A stretch of 64,000 nucleotides of DNA from Paraspadella gotoi (taxonomy: Eukaryota > Animalia > Chaetognatha): assembly GCA_051294375.1 (NCBI GenBank), contig CM119264.1, positions 12,278,263 to 12,342,262 of the forward strand, written 5' to 3'. A program made the position numbers and the translations under genes. Below are positions 1 to 12,912 of the stretch, one piece after another (positions within the stretch are counted from its first letter, which is position 1; the number at the start of each line of letters is the position of its first letter). A model generated the notes under the pieces. That model worked only from the letters and a program-made list of their open reading frames with translations, had not been told where the DNA came from and made no database searches.

Positions 1-237
1 TTTATTGTGGAAAAGAAAAAAATCATAGACCCATAGCCTGTCCAAAAAATGGATCATTTTTGTATTGTTGGTACAAAAATCATTTGTGTTAACATAATTG
101 ATTGTTGCAAAGATTTATGAGAAAAAAATTCAAAACGAAATTTTTGGCGTAATCTTATCATTCTTATTCTCGAAACTCCATATCAATTTATCTCTCCAAC
201 CATCCCCAACCCCCCCGCCACGCCCCCACCGAAAAAG

Positions 238-1316
238 CCAACTCAACGTACTTGGGCGCCAACGAAAAAATCGAGGAGCTTCGCGCCTCCTTCGTCAACG
301 CCTATTGTTTCTCGAGCGGGTCGTACCGAAGAGTCGAGAACGAAACCAACCAAATCGGCGAGGCGGAGCTCTATCTCTTCAATTACTACCCTTACGCTCT
401 CATTCTAGAGGTTAGGGACGAATGTTTCAATATTTCGATGTAAATTAAATTGTTTTCTTCCCTACTTGTTTTATTTATATAGCTGAACCATCGTGATTTG
501 CAGGATTTTGTCTCTAGACTTTAAATTGGATGGACTAAGTAAAATGTTTTTCTGTCGATTGAAATATATTTTTTTAATAAAGAGCCCACGGTCCCACATT
601 GCATCATTTATAGTATTATTGTTATTTTAATAATAATGCACCGATAGGTCAAATCTTTATGAAACTAACTCAGGCGTTCCTGGCCAACCTACCATACATC
701 CTCTACGCGGTTGCGACTCGCGCACGCATCCAGCCGGTGCTGGCGGAGGCGGCGGACATGGTGCTGCTCACCAGCGGCGCTTTCGAGGTTGTCGGAGAGA
801 GGAGGAAGAGGAAGAGATCGAGGGGCGACGACGGGGGGTTGGAGGAAGAGGAAGAAGAGGAGGAAGATGACTCGGATTTCTCCGAAGACGAGAATCATTA
901 CGCCAAAAGGTAAGAAACATGTGGCAATGCGGAGTTGCTTTTTACTAAAGTTTGTTATAACTTACATATATTGATTGACAAAAAAATTAGTTATTATTTA
1001 TCTCTCTTCCCCCTATAGCCTCCAAACCAGCATGAAAAAGCGTCTTTACGCCAAAATGTCTCTCTTCGTGACGCAGCGGCTCCTGGTGACGCAAGGATCT
1101 CAACTCATTGACTTTTACTGCGTCTGCCATCTCGTCGTCAAGGGCGTCGTCGTCGTCGCACAAATCGTCGTCGCCGTCGTAATGTTTTACTTCTCCTTTC
1201 CCTTTCCCTGGCAATTGAGCTGCCCTCTGTCGGAGGCCTTGCGACGAGACACAGAGCTGGAGGTTGTTAATAAGTGAATAAGTTGCCACTAAATTTTTGA
1301 AAATCATCTTGTCCAT

Positions 1317-1404
<88 letters not shown>

Positions 1405-1948
1405 GAGGTCACGTGCCTCTTCCCTTACAATCAGTGGATCTTCGCTTTCGTCGTCATCGACATCGGGCTCACTTGTTTTCTTCCGCTCGTCTCCTTCGCG
1501 ATGCACTTCCGGTTTTGGAGGATCAACTTTTACGAAGGCCTCTTCCAAGCGTCTTATCTCGTGCATCCCAACACGAGGAAGACGTTCAGGGAATTCGTCA
1601 CTCACATCTGTACCTTCCGAGTCGGTAAGTAAAGTGTCCTTGCGTTCGTACTTTCGGAGTGGAAACTGTCAGTAACGGAGCGTTGCTCCAGGAAACGGTC
1701 GCCAGGGTCGCCGAGTTGACGATCTCCGCCTCATTCTCGCTCTCCTGCACTCGAACGTGGATCAGTTCATAGCTAACAAAATCATGACAGTCTACGCCGG
1801 ACGCTTCCACTTCGAGAAAAGCGACAAACTTCCGCTCGACGCCGAATCGTGCGGCGCCACTTGCGGTGCCTGCGTCGCTGCTTTGAGGCCTAAGCTACGT
1901 CAACCAGAATGGAATTCGCGAGGATACGAACCCGCGAATCTCGAATAG
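238..1948 (+). CDS. Pannexin/innexin-family large-pore channel subunit, 5' end outside the window. Exons about 238-410, 674-909, 1019-1262, 1405-1624 and 1692-1948; the C-terminus may continue further (see findings).
   Basis: Phase-consistent GT-AG splicing gives FVNAYCF...LYLFNYYPYALILE/AFLANLPYILY (compare pannexin FVDSYCW...LWLHKFFPYILLL..ILLYLP), a hydrophobic TM3, second-loop cysteines (LSCPL...VTCLFPYNQ), TM4 and DDLRLILALLHSNV (compare pannexin DLSLYLLFLEEN). Confidence 0.8.
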
Positions 1949-2278
1949 AACGGGGATGGAAGGTAAGTTAAGTAACTGATGGCGAAGGACTATCGACGGC
2001 TTGCGTCATTGATGGAAGCTATTTGGAAGATTAAGGAAAAAGAGAATTCTCAAACCTGGCTTCCGAGCCTTCTCTCAACTTTAGGAAAACTGTTAAAACG
2101 TTGAAAGTAATATACAATGCCTATAAAAAAATTAAAATTGTACGTTCTTGTTCTCCAAAGTGATACACATAGTGAACAAACGCCAAAATCGCTCTGAAAA
2201 TCCACTTTTCAGTTTCGCATTCTCCCATTTTCTGACCTTCCCCCTAAAGCCTATCTTATTGCTGGCTTCTCGTTGCAG

Positions 2279-2898
2279 ATGCAAATCCGCGAAGCGATGG
2301 CTAAACATGGCGGTTTCTGGATTACATTTCAGAGAAAACGATCACAAATCGTACAGTAAGTTTAGGTCACTGACTTTGAATTAGTTCAATTACATTCGTT
2401 TTGAAATTATTTATTTGTTTTAAATCAGTAAAAGTGAAATGGAAAAATGGAGAAACAGGAGAGACGAGTTCGACAAAACTCGTTAAAATTAACGAGGAAT
2501 TCGGAATCGTTCCTCTCTCTTACTTGTATGAAGAATTTCCAGGTAAATCTAAGAGAGGAATAATAGAAAATCGTACTGATATTCAGATTCTTTCCTAATT
2601 TTTAAGTTGTATCTTGATTTAATTCTTTATCTACTACCTACGATTTTATTTCATATTTAAATTTATATAATTTTTTTTTTTAAATCAACTAATCTTATGC
2701 TAGCGAGTTTTCCATTCGCGACGACGAGTTGTTTCTGATTACTGACATTTGCTTTCCCCAGATTTGAAAGAGAAGAACTGTCAACTTTTTTGCGGATCGG
2801 AACAAATTCCATTCGACGAAGAACAACAGAGTTTTGTTCCCAAAGGGAATTGGATGACGAGACGTCTCTACGTTGTGCGAACCAATCAAGCTCCGTAG
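2279..2898 (+). CDS. Three small exons (2279-2355, 2429-2542, 2762-2898) encoding a TDP-43 N-terminal-domain-like (ubiquitin-like fold) module; either stand-alone or the C-terminus of the upstream channel
   Basis: Canonical splice sites with consistent phases give SYIKVKW...GIVPLSYLYEEFPDL...SFVPKGNWMTRRLYVV*. This follows the TDP-43 NTD pattern YIRV...GTVLLSTVTAQFPG...LHAPDAGWGNLVYVV. Confidence 0.6.
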
Positions 2899-3640
2899 GC
2901 AATCAATTTTCAATTATAATTGAATCCTTGTATATTAGCTCATGGTTATATTTTTGAATTTTTTATTATAATTTATGATAAAATGTTGTGTAGCGTACTG
3001 CTTTAACATATTTGCTAGATAAAAATTCAAGTCAGTCAACTTATCTTCAATGACAGCGTGACCATTTGAAACCCGCCGCTAGAAAAAAATTAACTAAACG
3101 AAAACGTGAAGAGATTTTAACATTTTGGAAAGTGATACCTAGAAGGTTAGATGTTATGTTATGTGTATATTCAATAAATATGCAAACGCGAGTAATAACA
3201 ACTATTTTTTATAAATAACACAGTCACAACAAATATGGTGATTCGTTTGAAACTCAAATATTGAGTAAATTTGAGCAAAACTAGATACAGATTACAGTAA
3301 CACTTCTAAAGGAAATTCTGACTAATGAAAAACTATATTTTCAAATAATGTAGTGTAAAATATAGATCCTCAATTTTCGGCTAAGATTTTTTTTCTTCTT
3401 GAGTGCAGAAAAAAGATATTCTCATTTAGAAATACTAAATCGTATTAAAACGTAAGACTAGATCGAGTGAGCAAAAAACGAAATATGTATTTTTTAATAC
3501 AACCGGACACGACTAAAAAAGGCCTTCTAATACAAGTTGCATGTATCATTTAAAGAGCCATTGAGTTTTAACAGAGACGGGATTGATCTGCCTCTTAAGC
3601 GTTTTGGTCGATTTCCTTTACACTCAAAATGACGAGCACA

Positions 3641-6600
3641 TCACTTGACGAGCCACTGCAAGGCGACGCCGTCCGCGCCTGCCGTCGTGACGATTGCCTC
3701 GTCGTCGCCCACGCCATCGTCGCCTCTTCCACTGAAGGTGACGCCGGTGACTCGTCCATCGTGGCACTTGACGTCGTGACACGCGGCGCCTTTGACGTGG
3801 CATGGAAAGGCGTAGAGGCGGAGCCGTCCGTCTCGACCGCCGACGGCGAGAGATTCCGAAGCAGCAGCTATCGACGCCGCCTCCGCCAGATTCGAGTCGT
3901 CGCGCCAAATTCCGGAAACGGCGAAGTTGACGGGACAAGAGTGTGTCGCCCATTCCACATCTCGCGTCGCTGTCGCCGTCTCTCCCGCCGTCTCTCCGGC
4001 CGGCGTCATTAGCTGGAAAACGTCCCCGACTCCGCCGTCGCCGCTTCCGCCGCCGGTCCGCGCCTTCCTACGCCAGAACGTCAACTCCCCGTTCACGTCG
4101 TTGCTCCGCAAAAAGACGGAGTCGCGGGACCAATCCACCGCAACCACGAGGCGACCGTGGCCGCGACGACGCCAGGAGGTCTCGTAGCTCGTCTCCCGTA
4201 CGGCTCCGTCTGTCGTCCCGAAGACGTGAAGGACGCCGCCGAAGTTGTCGTCGCCACCGATCGCCAAGAGGGCGCCGTCGGGAGAGAATCGGAGGCAACG
4301 AACGGCGCCGCGAAGATCGAGATCGAAGTAGACGAGATCGAGTTGGCGGACGAAGGAATCGCGGAGGCATTTGCCTGCAAAAGGAGCCGAAGAGAAAAGA
4401 TCCAGCGGAAAGGCCGAAGTTGAAAACCAAAGCTTCAGACTTAAATAATCCTAGACAGACAGACTGACAAGCATTAAAACAGATTAACACCGTCTTTAAC
4501 TGACAGACATAGATTGAGAGATTGACGGACAGATTGACCAAAACCGAAAGTCAGGCCCAGCAGACATATAGGAATCATTCCGAGCAAGAAGATCAAATTT
4601 CACAGTACGGACAGCCGTTCTTCAATTCGAAGTTCAAAGAAAGCCTTGATGTCGGAGAGAGAAACTTCTGACATCTTAATCTCCTACACTAGAAAAAAAT
4701 ATTTTCATTTTAAGAAATGTCAGGAAGACGGTCTTCTGACAAATCTCCTAATTCCATACCGATGATGACGTGACCGTTGGCGAGACCCACGGCGGCCGTT
4801 CGTCCCTCCCACCAGACGCCGTCCCATCGGAAGCGACGTCCCGGGTGGAACGCGACGCGCGTCACGCCGGCCTCTAGTTGCTCCCGCCAAAGGGACGCGC
4901 GTTCGAGGGTGTCCCACAAAATTAATTCGCCTGAATCATCAAGGATGTGGAATGTGGGCGTTGAGGGACTCCCTATGTTTTGAACGACGAACGGTCGGGG
5001 ATCGACTACTGACCTTCGCCGCAACCCGTGAGTAAGAGATTCTCGTCGGACAGAGATTCGGCGGCGTTCACAGCGGCGATGTGACCGTCTTGCAGCAAAC
5101 TGTAGCCTTCCTCGTTGTTCCCCAGCATTAATCTGTTGAATGAGAATTTTTAGTACCTTAACCGAAGTGGATAATCGACCTATTTTGCAAAAAAATAACT
5201 ACATCTGCATGATTTCAAGAGAACAAACAAAATATATGAGAACACCTGTTGCAAACTGTCCCAATGAGGAGTTTGGACGAGTTCTGCGGCGATCTTCGGA
5301 TGCACCTCGGAGCCCCGACAGCGTGAGGTAGAGATATTTCTGAGAGCTGAGCTCAAGGTAAAAGAACCCATTATTTTGTATCCAGTCGTTAACTAAAAAA
5401 AAACTTTGCGAAGTAAATCTTACCTTTTCGAAATGTTTTTCAATATTGTCGACTCGCCAAAGAACCATCCTTCGATCAGCTCCTCCGGAAACAAAACGAC
5501 CCTCACCTAGAGGAAAAAACTCACTCTAACCTTATGACGAAAACCTCTTAGTATTTCTATTCTACAAGACAAACCCAGACACGAGATGGCGTTAACGGCC
5601 CCGTTGTGAGCGCCGGTAAACGAGATGACATCGCCGTCTCGTTTCCATCGGAGAATGACGCCGGTTTCGAAGCCGGAGATGACGGCGTCGGATTCGACGT
5701 CGACGGCGAAGGATACGACGCCGTCCGAAAGGGGGAGATCTGAGAGAGTCTCTAATTCCGCGCCGGCGTCGTTGATACGCCACGACGAAACGCCGCGACT
5801 TTCGGCGACGAAAATCTCTTTGTCGTTTGACGCGAAGGAGACGCTAACGACGCCGGACGCAGCTTTGGTTTTCGCCAAGGCATCGTTTCCGTTTCGCCGC
5901 CAGTCCCAGAGGGAGAGACCGACGTCAACGCTCGCGCCGTCCACGACGACGAGTCGAGCGCCGGCGTCCAGTCTCGAAAATTCGAGGAGCGAGATGGACG
6001 CCGGGAACAAGTCGGCGCCGCCGACGACTCGAAGTGTTTTCAACGACGCCGCGTTCCAAATTCTTACGTGAGGCGCCCCTTCGACCGCGGAAGACGAGAC
6101 TGCGCTCCGTTTTCGGAACACGCCTCTCCCGACGGCGATGACGCCAGCATCGGGCCGGTCTTCGGATGCCGCGTACGACGCCGCCTGACCACTCGCCGCG
6201 ACGTCTCCTCGCAGGTTGACGGCGACGGCAGTGACGCGCGCCGTGTGCTCGCGATAGAGTCTTTGCTCTCGGGACGCCGGATCGAGGATGACGACGAACA
6301 TCCCGGCGCGAAACGCCACCTCTCCGGTAGTAAGGCTAGCGACGGCGTCGCCGGCGCTGCGGCCTTCGAAACCGAAGACCCGTTCGACCACAGGTCGCTT
6401 TTTCGGCGCCTTCGGAGGCTTGGAGCGTTTCGTCGCCGGTTCCCAGGACGAGGGCGGGTGGAACAACGTCTCCCGGCCGCAGATTGGGACGCGGACCGAA
6501 CCTTTTGGGAGTTCCTCTGGGATTCTGAGTTCTTCCTCGAACGCCCCGTCCTCTAGGCTCTCGAGGCTGACGTCCGTCGGCGGCGTCTTGGAGACGGCGG

Positions 6601-6982
6601 GAGGAGGAGGCGCGGGCGTATGCGCCGGTTTAGAGGCGCCACTTCGGCCGCTTTTGCTTCTGTCGATGCGAATGGAAATTCGTCGTCGCCGGTTGGTGTT
6701 GTCTTGATTCGACTTGCCGTCTCCGTCGACGACGCCGCCGATCTCGCTTATCGGCGTCGAACACGCAGTCTCGTCCGCCGCCGATAGACTTCCGGTTTCG
6801 CCGACGCCGCTATCCGATTCGTCAAAGCGCCGGACCAGCGTCAACGTCGTTGCAGTCGGAGCGGCGTCTTTGTCGCCGGCGTCAGCATAGCCCTTGCTGG
6901 CGCCGTTGGAAGAGGTCGGCACCACCGTGGAAGAGTTTCGATTGGGCTTTTTCGCGGCGCTCACTTTGCCGCCCATTTTCAT
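3641..6982 (-). CDS. EML: Echinoderm microtubule-associated protein-like (HELP motif plus WD40/TAPE), multi-exon, divergent
   Basis: HELP-like segment VRVPICGRETLFHPP...PVVERVFGFEGR...LTTGEVAF...QRLYREHTARV and WD repeats. The last exon (3641-4374) reads RFSPDGALLAIGGDDN...VDWSRDSVFLRSND...RDVEWATHSCPVNFAVSGIW...LRLYAFPC, typical of an EML C-terminus. Confidence 0.85.
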
Positions 6983-9794
6983 GTATATTTTTTACTTTAT
7001 ATATATTTGTATTATTTTGTTCTAAGTTAATTTCTTAGTTTTTAAAAAGACTTTTTAGTTTATTTATTGAATTTCGTTTCAGTTTCTTTTCTTGGAGACG
7101 ACGATGACGTTAGATTTTCGCTTCGTTTTTCTCAAAATCATCTTTTTTAAGAGTGAAAATTAAAAAAAAGGACCACGAAGAAAAAGGAGGCCTTGAGCAA
7201 CTGAAAGTGTTGGTCAAACAATAACCGACTATAATAATTCAAACAGAAATATATAGTCATGATAAATATTGGATGTCCTTTCATCATTTGTTCATTCATT
7301 GTCAAAATAAATAATACTTTTCCCTCCTCTCCCAATATGAGCTTTTAAATTTTTTTATTTTTTTTAAAAAACTGGTATTTTATAATTTTTTGTCTCTTTC
7401 TCTTTCCGGGCATATTTTTTAGGTCCGGCTTTCTCCAGTCAGAAACACGAAATCTGTGGGAATATTGTACAGACACGCAATTTTAAGGAGAAAACGACAA
7501 AGACTACGACGACGACGACGACGAAAACCATGACGGGATTTAAGTTAAATTTTTTTCGGTAGACGGCGTGATGATTAGCGATCATCACCGACACCCAAGC
7601 CGTGGGGGGCAGGAGGGCAGTTGTACTAGTGGGAGGGGTTCGTGCTGATTGGATTCGCGTGACCCCCTCCGCCTCGTTTTAAAAAAAAGAATCTGTGCTG
7701 CTGTTGTTGTTGTTGTTGTTGTCGTGTCAGTGTCAAATTTAATAAAAAAAATATTACTTGGTTTTTTCTTTATTTTTTGCCTATGAGTATCACATAGTTT
7801 TTCATAAGAATTTAAATATATTGTACTTTTATATTAATAATATTAGGTTTTACTTTTATGGATCGTTTTCTTAAACGAAAACAGAATTCCTTATTCCTTA
7901 ATCCTCGTAGTATGGCATTACAAGAATAAAAGAATAATATTTTGAAACACTTTTTTATTAACAGTCTGATAGAATTATAGACTCAAAATATTCAAATATT
8001 CTTATGTTTTTAGCTTTCACTCTCTCACTGTACTTCTGTACTACTAATTAAGAAAATACTTAATATTCGACTCGACAATAGAAAAGAAACAAAAGGACAA
8101 TGAGCTTCGCAGAGACGCCTATTGATCACAAATAGAAAAGAAAAGGACGAAACCGAATCTGGCTAAAAGAACAATTCGTTCTAATTATTTCTCCTCAAAA
8201 AGTAGGAAACTGATGAGTCAAATGGTAAAGAGTGAAGTTCCCGCTTCTCTTAAATCAGCGCTTTGCGTAGTTTTATGAGAAAATACTAACTCAAAGTGCC
8301 ATTTCTCCCTAAGAGTATGTATCCCTGGCGGTTTTTTTTTTTATCAATGCCCCGCGGCGCCCGCAATGGTTCATGGGGCAATCATTTGGCACCATGGGTT
8401 TAATCCTCGGCCGTTTTTATTTTCTCGATGTTATTTTAGCAGTTTGCTTTCCTTTCGATTTCTTTTGAAGATCGACGAGAAAACATTCATCAACATCTGT
8501 CGAAAGCCGGCGAGAGGTCGTCGCTTTTCGACGTTTTATCGCGATGGCAGGAGAAGAAATTTTTTAATTGAGAGCAAACAGAAAAGACTCGATTATTAAT
8601 ATACCACTAAAATATGATTGTAAATTAATTTGATCTTGGCATTTTAATAACTCGTAGACTCTGGGAGTGAATAAACGAGACTGAGAGAGTCTTGATTGAA
8701 AGCTTGCAGGGACCTGCTATGTCATTATCTTGTAAGAGTGATGGAGGCCTTAAACTACCAAAGCCTGTCCAAAGTCAGGGGCAAGATAGCTTATTTATTA
8801 AATAAATGAGCAATTTTTATATTGGTTGTGCCAATTTCATAAAAATAACTCATTATGGTATAAAATTATATTTATATAATATTGTACTTTGATATCACTT
8901 TGTATAAAGCTATATAGTATTAAGTATCAAATCAATTTTTTATTACATTGAAATTTTAGATTTTAACGCAGGATGATTTCATAAGCTTCTTTTCTTTTGC
9001 ACTCCACACTACTCATTATCATATATCGCAAAAAAGTTCATTTAAATAATAAAAAGAAATTTTTAAAAATTTAAAAACAACATCTTTTTTTAAATACATT
9101 AATAATATTAATAATATTAATAATAATAATATAAATAATAATTGTTATTTTTGTCTGAAAGAGACCTTTATTGCCGTTTCACTTCTCATAATTTCTGTAT
9201 TTTTTTTAATGCCTGCCATAAAAGACGGAAAACAAGAGCTGAAAAGCGGGAAAAGCTCAAAACCTCAGGGGAGGACAAGTTTTTGTTCGTCTCTTTTCCT
9301 CAAGGATTCAGCAGGGTTATACAATATACACGGTTATTCGGTTATTGAACTCGAACTCTCTCTTTCATTTGTCTTCGCTTAAAGTTATTAACTAGATAAG
9401 CCTTTTATAGAAGCTCTGCCTGTCCGTCTCTCTAAACAATTGCATTACGTCCAAAATTCAAATAATAAACACATTTTGAACAATATTCACAAACTTTTAT
9501 CTACTTGGCATCACTTCATTTTCTTTTTTTGGTTTGCTTTATTTTAATTACATACAAACTACTTGTGACAAGTTGACTGATGCCCATGTTCGACGCATGA
9601 TTCATGCTTCCTAATGCTGACTCGCTGAGTCACGCACGAATGTTTTCGGTTCTGAGCGGATGGTGTTTTAATCTCAGCGAAGATTCGTAACTGTTTTTTC
9701 AGTATCCTTAAATTAGAGCTGTTCAACGGTATCGTAGAGTTAATGCGATCCAAACAAAATTAAAATAAAAAAGTGGCACTTAAATTAGTCGAAA

Positions 9795-10312
9795 ATGTCC
9801 GGCGACGGACCGACCAAGCCCCGAGTCTGCGTGATCGGCGCGGGGCCTTCGGGATGCTCGGCGCTCATCACCTTCGGACGCCTGGCGGACGAGGGACTCC
9901 CAACCCCCGAAATCGTTTGCTACGAGAAGCAAAGCGGCTGGGGCGGCCTGTGGAACTACACCTGGCGCACGGGTCTCGACGAGCACGGTGAACCAGTGCA
10001 CAGCAGCATGTACCGCTTCCTCTGGTCCAACGGGAGCAAGGAGGCGCTGGAGTATCCAGAGTACACGTTCGAGGATCACTTCGGCAAGGCCATCCCAAGT
10101 TTTCCGCCCGCGAGAGATCCTCTTCGACTATTTGAAGGGGCGTTGGAAAAAGGAAGGAGTGGCCAAGTACATTAAATTCTCTCACGTCGTCACCGACGTC
10201 GACTATGACGAGGAACGCGGCGACTTCGTCGTCGTCGTCAAGGTAAAACGATTCTCTCGTCCGTCATTGTAAAAGTTAAAGATTAAGAAGTCGCAGTTGA
10301 ATTTTAAAATTA

Positions 10313-10347
<35 letters not shown>

Positions 10348-12315
10348 GCATTTCAAAACGAAAACAAAATGACTCTGAGACGTTGTAGTTGCTGTCCAGG
10401 GTCATGTACAGTTCAAATCAATTCAATTTAATTCTTTCCCTCCGCAGGACCTCGCCAAGGACGTCCGCCTTGAACCTCAGCGTTTTACACATGTGATCAT
10501 TGCTTCCGGTCACTTTTCAACGCCGCACGCACCCTCTTTCCCTGGTTTGGACCGATTTCCCGGTCGCGTCCTGCACGCCCACGATTTTCGAGACGCGAGA
10601 GAATTCGCCGGAAAAAAGCTTCTGCTTGTGGGAGCGAGTTATTCGGCCGAAGACATCGCTCTGCAGGTTCATCTCGAATGTAGACGATACAGAGTTAAAT
10701 ATTATTTCAGTACTATATATTCATTATATATGTTTCCTTTAGTGTGCCAAATACGGCGCGGAAAACGTCATCGTTTCGTGGCGAACGCGTCCTATGGGCT
10801 TCAAGTGGCCGAACTCCATCCAAGAACGCCCTCTCCTTCTGAGGATCGAGGGTCGGACGGCACACTTCAAGGACGGAACCTCCGCAGACGTGGACGCCGT
10901 CATCCTCTGTACCGGATATCTTCATCACTACCCCTTCCTGGCCGACAATCTCCGCCTCAAGAGCCGCAACCGCATGTGGCCCCCCGGACTGTACAAAGTA
11001 TACTTTTAAATTCTCAAATGATGTTTAATATTTTTTTGTATTTTGTACATAAATTACGAGAAAAAAAACTTGGAAATTGCCAGTCAAACAAAAATCCAAA
11101 CAAATATTTTTTGTTTTAAATTTTTTTCTATTAAATTAGAAAAAAAATGATAACAAAAAAAAAAAATTCTTGGTTTCTTTTCATTGTTTAATTAACGGTT
11201 ATTGATTAATAATCAAATTCCAAAAAAAACTTTTCTGATTTCTTTTTTTCAGGGCGTTCTATTTCTGGGCGGCGGAGGAGGCAAACTGTTCTACGTCGGA
11301 GCTCAGGATCAGTACTACACGTTTACCATGTTCGAACAGTGCGCACTCTGGGCCAGGAACGTCATCGTGGGAAAGATCAAGCTGCCGGCCCAAGATGAGA
11401 TGTTGGCGGACGATGCCGCTTGGCTGGAGGAAGAAGAGAAACTCAACGGCGAAATAGACGAAATTCATTTTCAGGTGAAGAAGAAGTAAGAATGATAATT
11501 TTATTTTCATCTTAACTAATTACTATTTTTACTAATCTATTTTGCTTCTTTTTCTTTTTATATTAAATGTAAATGCAAGATGTATTAATTAATAAATTAA
11601 TTAATCAGTTAATTAATAAATTATTCAATTAATTAATCAATAATTAATTAATTAATTAATCAGTCAATAAATCAATCAATTAATTATTCAATCAATCAAT
11701 TTTTGTTCTACTAATTAATAATTCAATCAATAAATTTATTTATCAAATTATTAATTATTCAATCAATAAATCAATCAATCAAGTAAGTCCATAAATTAAT
11801 CGTTATCGTCATTATTGTCATCGTCCCTATCATCGTCGTTGCTTTTGTCGTGGTCAATGACGTCAATTGACTAATTAATTAAATTTAATTAATTAATTAC
11901 CTATAATGGTCGCGGGCAGATCCGGCATCGTTTGCTCAAACTTGTTTCATTACATTTTATTTTTATTCAAATTTGAGGCTTTATTGATAAAATATATTGT
12001 CAACTAGGCGCCGAGTAAATAAATGACTTTTGATAATGGATGACATTACGATTAGTAACAATAAATTCGCTTTAGACGAAACACGTGAAGGATCTTTGCG
12101 AAGCCAACTGCTACCCCCACAACCTGGATTCGGCGCAGATCTTCATCGACTGGGAAGGACACAAGCGCGAGGACATCCTCACTTACCGTGACAAGTCCTT
12201 CGCCTCTCTCTTCACGGGCACCATGTCGCCCGTCCACCATTCCTCTTTCATGGAGGCCAAGGACGACTCTCTCCAGGCTTTCATGAACCAAACTTCCTCA
12301 AAAAGCTTAGATTAA
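9795..12315 (+). CDS. Flavin-containing monooxygenase of the bacterial trimethylamine monooxygenase (Tmm/mFMO) type. Exons 9795-10242, 10448-10666, 10743-10997, 11253-11474 and 12076-12315; +1 frameshift at about 10107-10109.
   Basis: FAD motif [37 protein letters not shown] signature [17 protein letters not shown] motif [22 protein letters not shown] and C-terminal [18 protein letters not shown]...DDSL. All are colinear with Methylophaga mFMO as recalled. Confidence 0.92.
11585..11782. repeat. Degenerate (AATT/AATC)n low-complexity tract in the last FMO intron
   Basis: Directly visible. Confidence 0.85.
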
Positions 12316-12912
12316 CGCCGAATTTTTTTTTTTTTTTTTCGAGTCTTGGTCTCATTATGTCTTTTTTTTAAAATTTAAACGGTGTACTTAATACTTATAC
12401 TCCTTCAGTCGCTTTACATGTTTTAAATATAGTTTTTGTTCCTATCGTCATAGCATATTTTACGGAGAAGCTTTGTGTGAGGCACGAGTGAAATTCATTT
12501 ATTTTCAAGTATTGCTTTACCCATCACGTGCAAATATTTACAGTAATATATTTTATTACAACTTATAGATTTTTTCTGTTCGTATTAAAAAAAATATTTT
12601 TGGAAAGAAGCAATTTTGATCTTTTTTATTTTTAGTAATCAGCAACGTCATCTAATGTTTTAAAGTGATCTCTAAATATTCGACGTATGAAAATGATAGC
12701 GAATAATCGAGTCTATTACAACATTTATTAGCGCCAGACAGTACACGACAAGTGCCCCGTCCCCCGCGCCGCAGACTCTGACTTAATCCGCGCTCGACTT
12801 TCGTTCAGAGGTGAAAACCGAATCACGTCTTCATCATTCGATCGAGTCACTCATCAACGTCCTGGATCGAAATCGAGACACTTGTCTTCATCATCGTCGT
12901 CGTCCCTTGATA

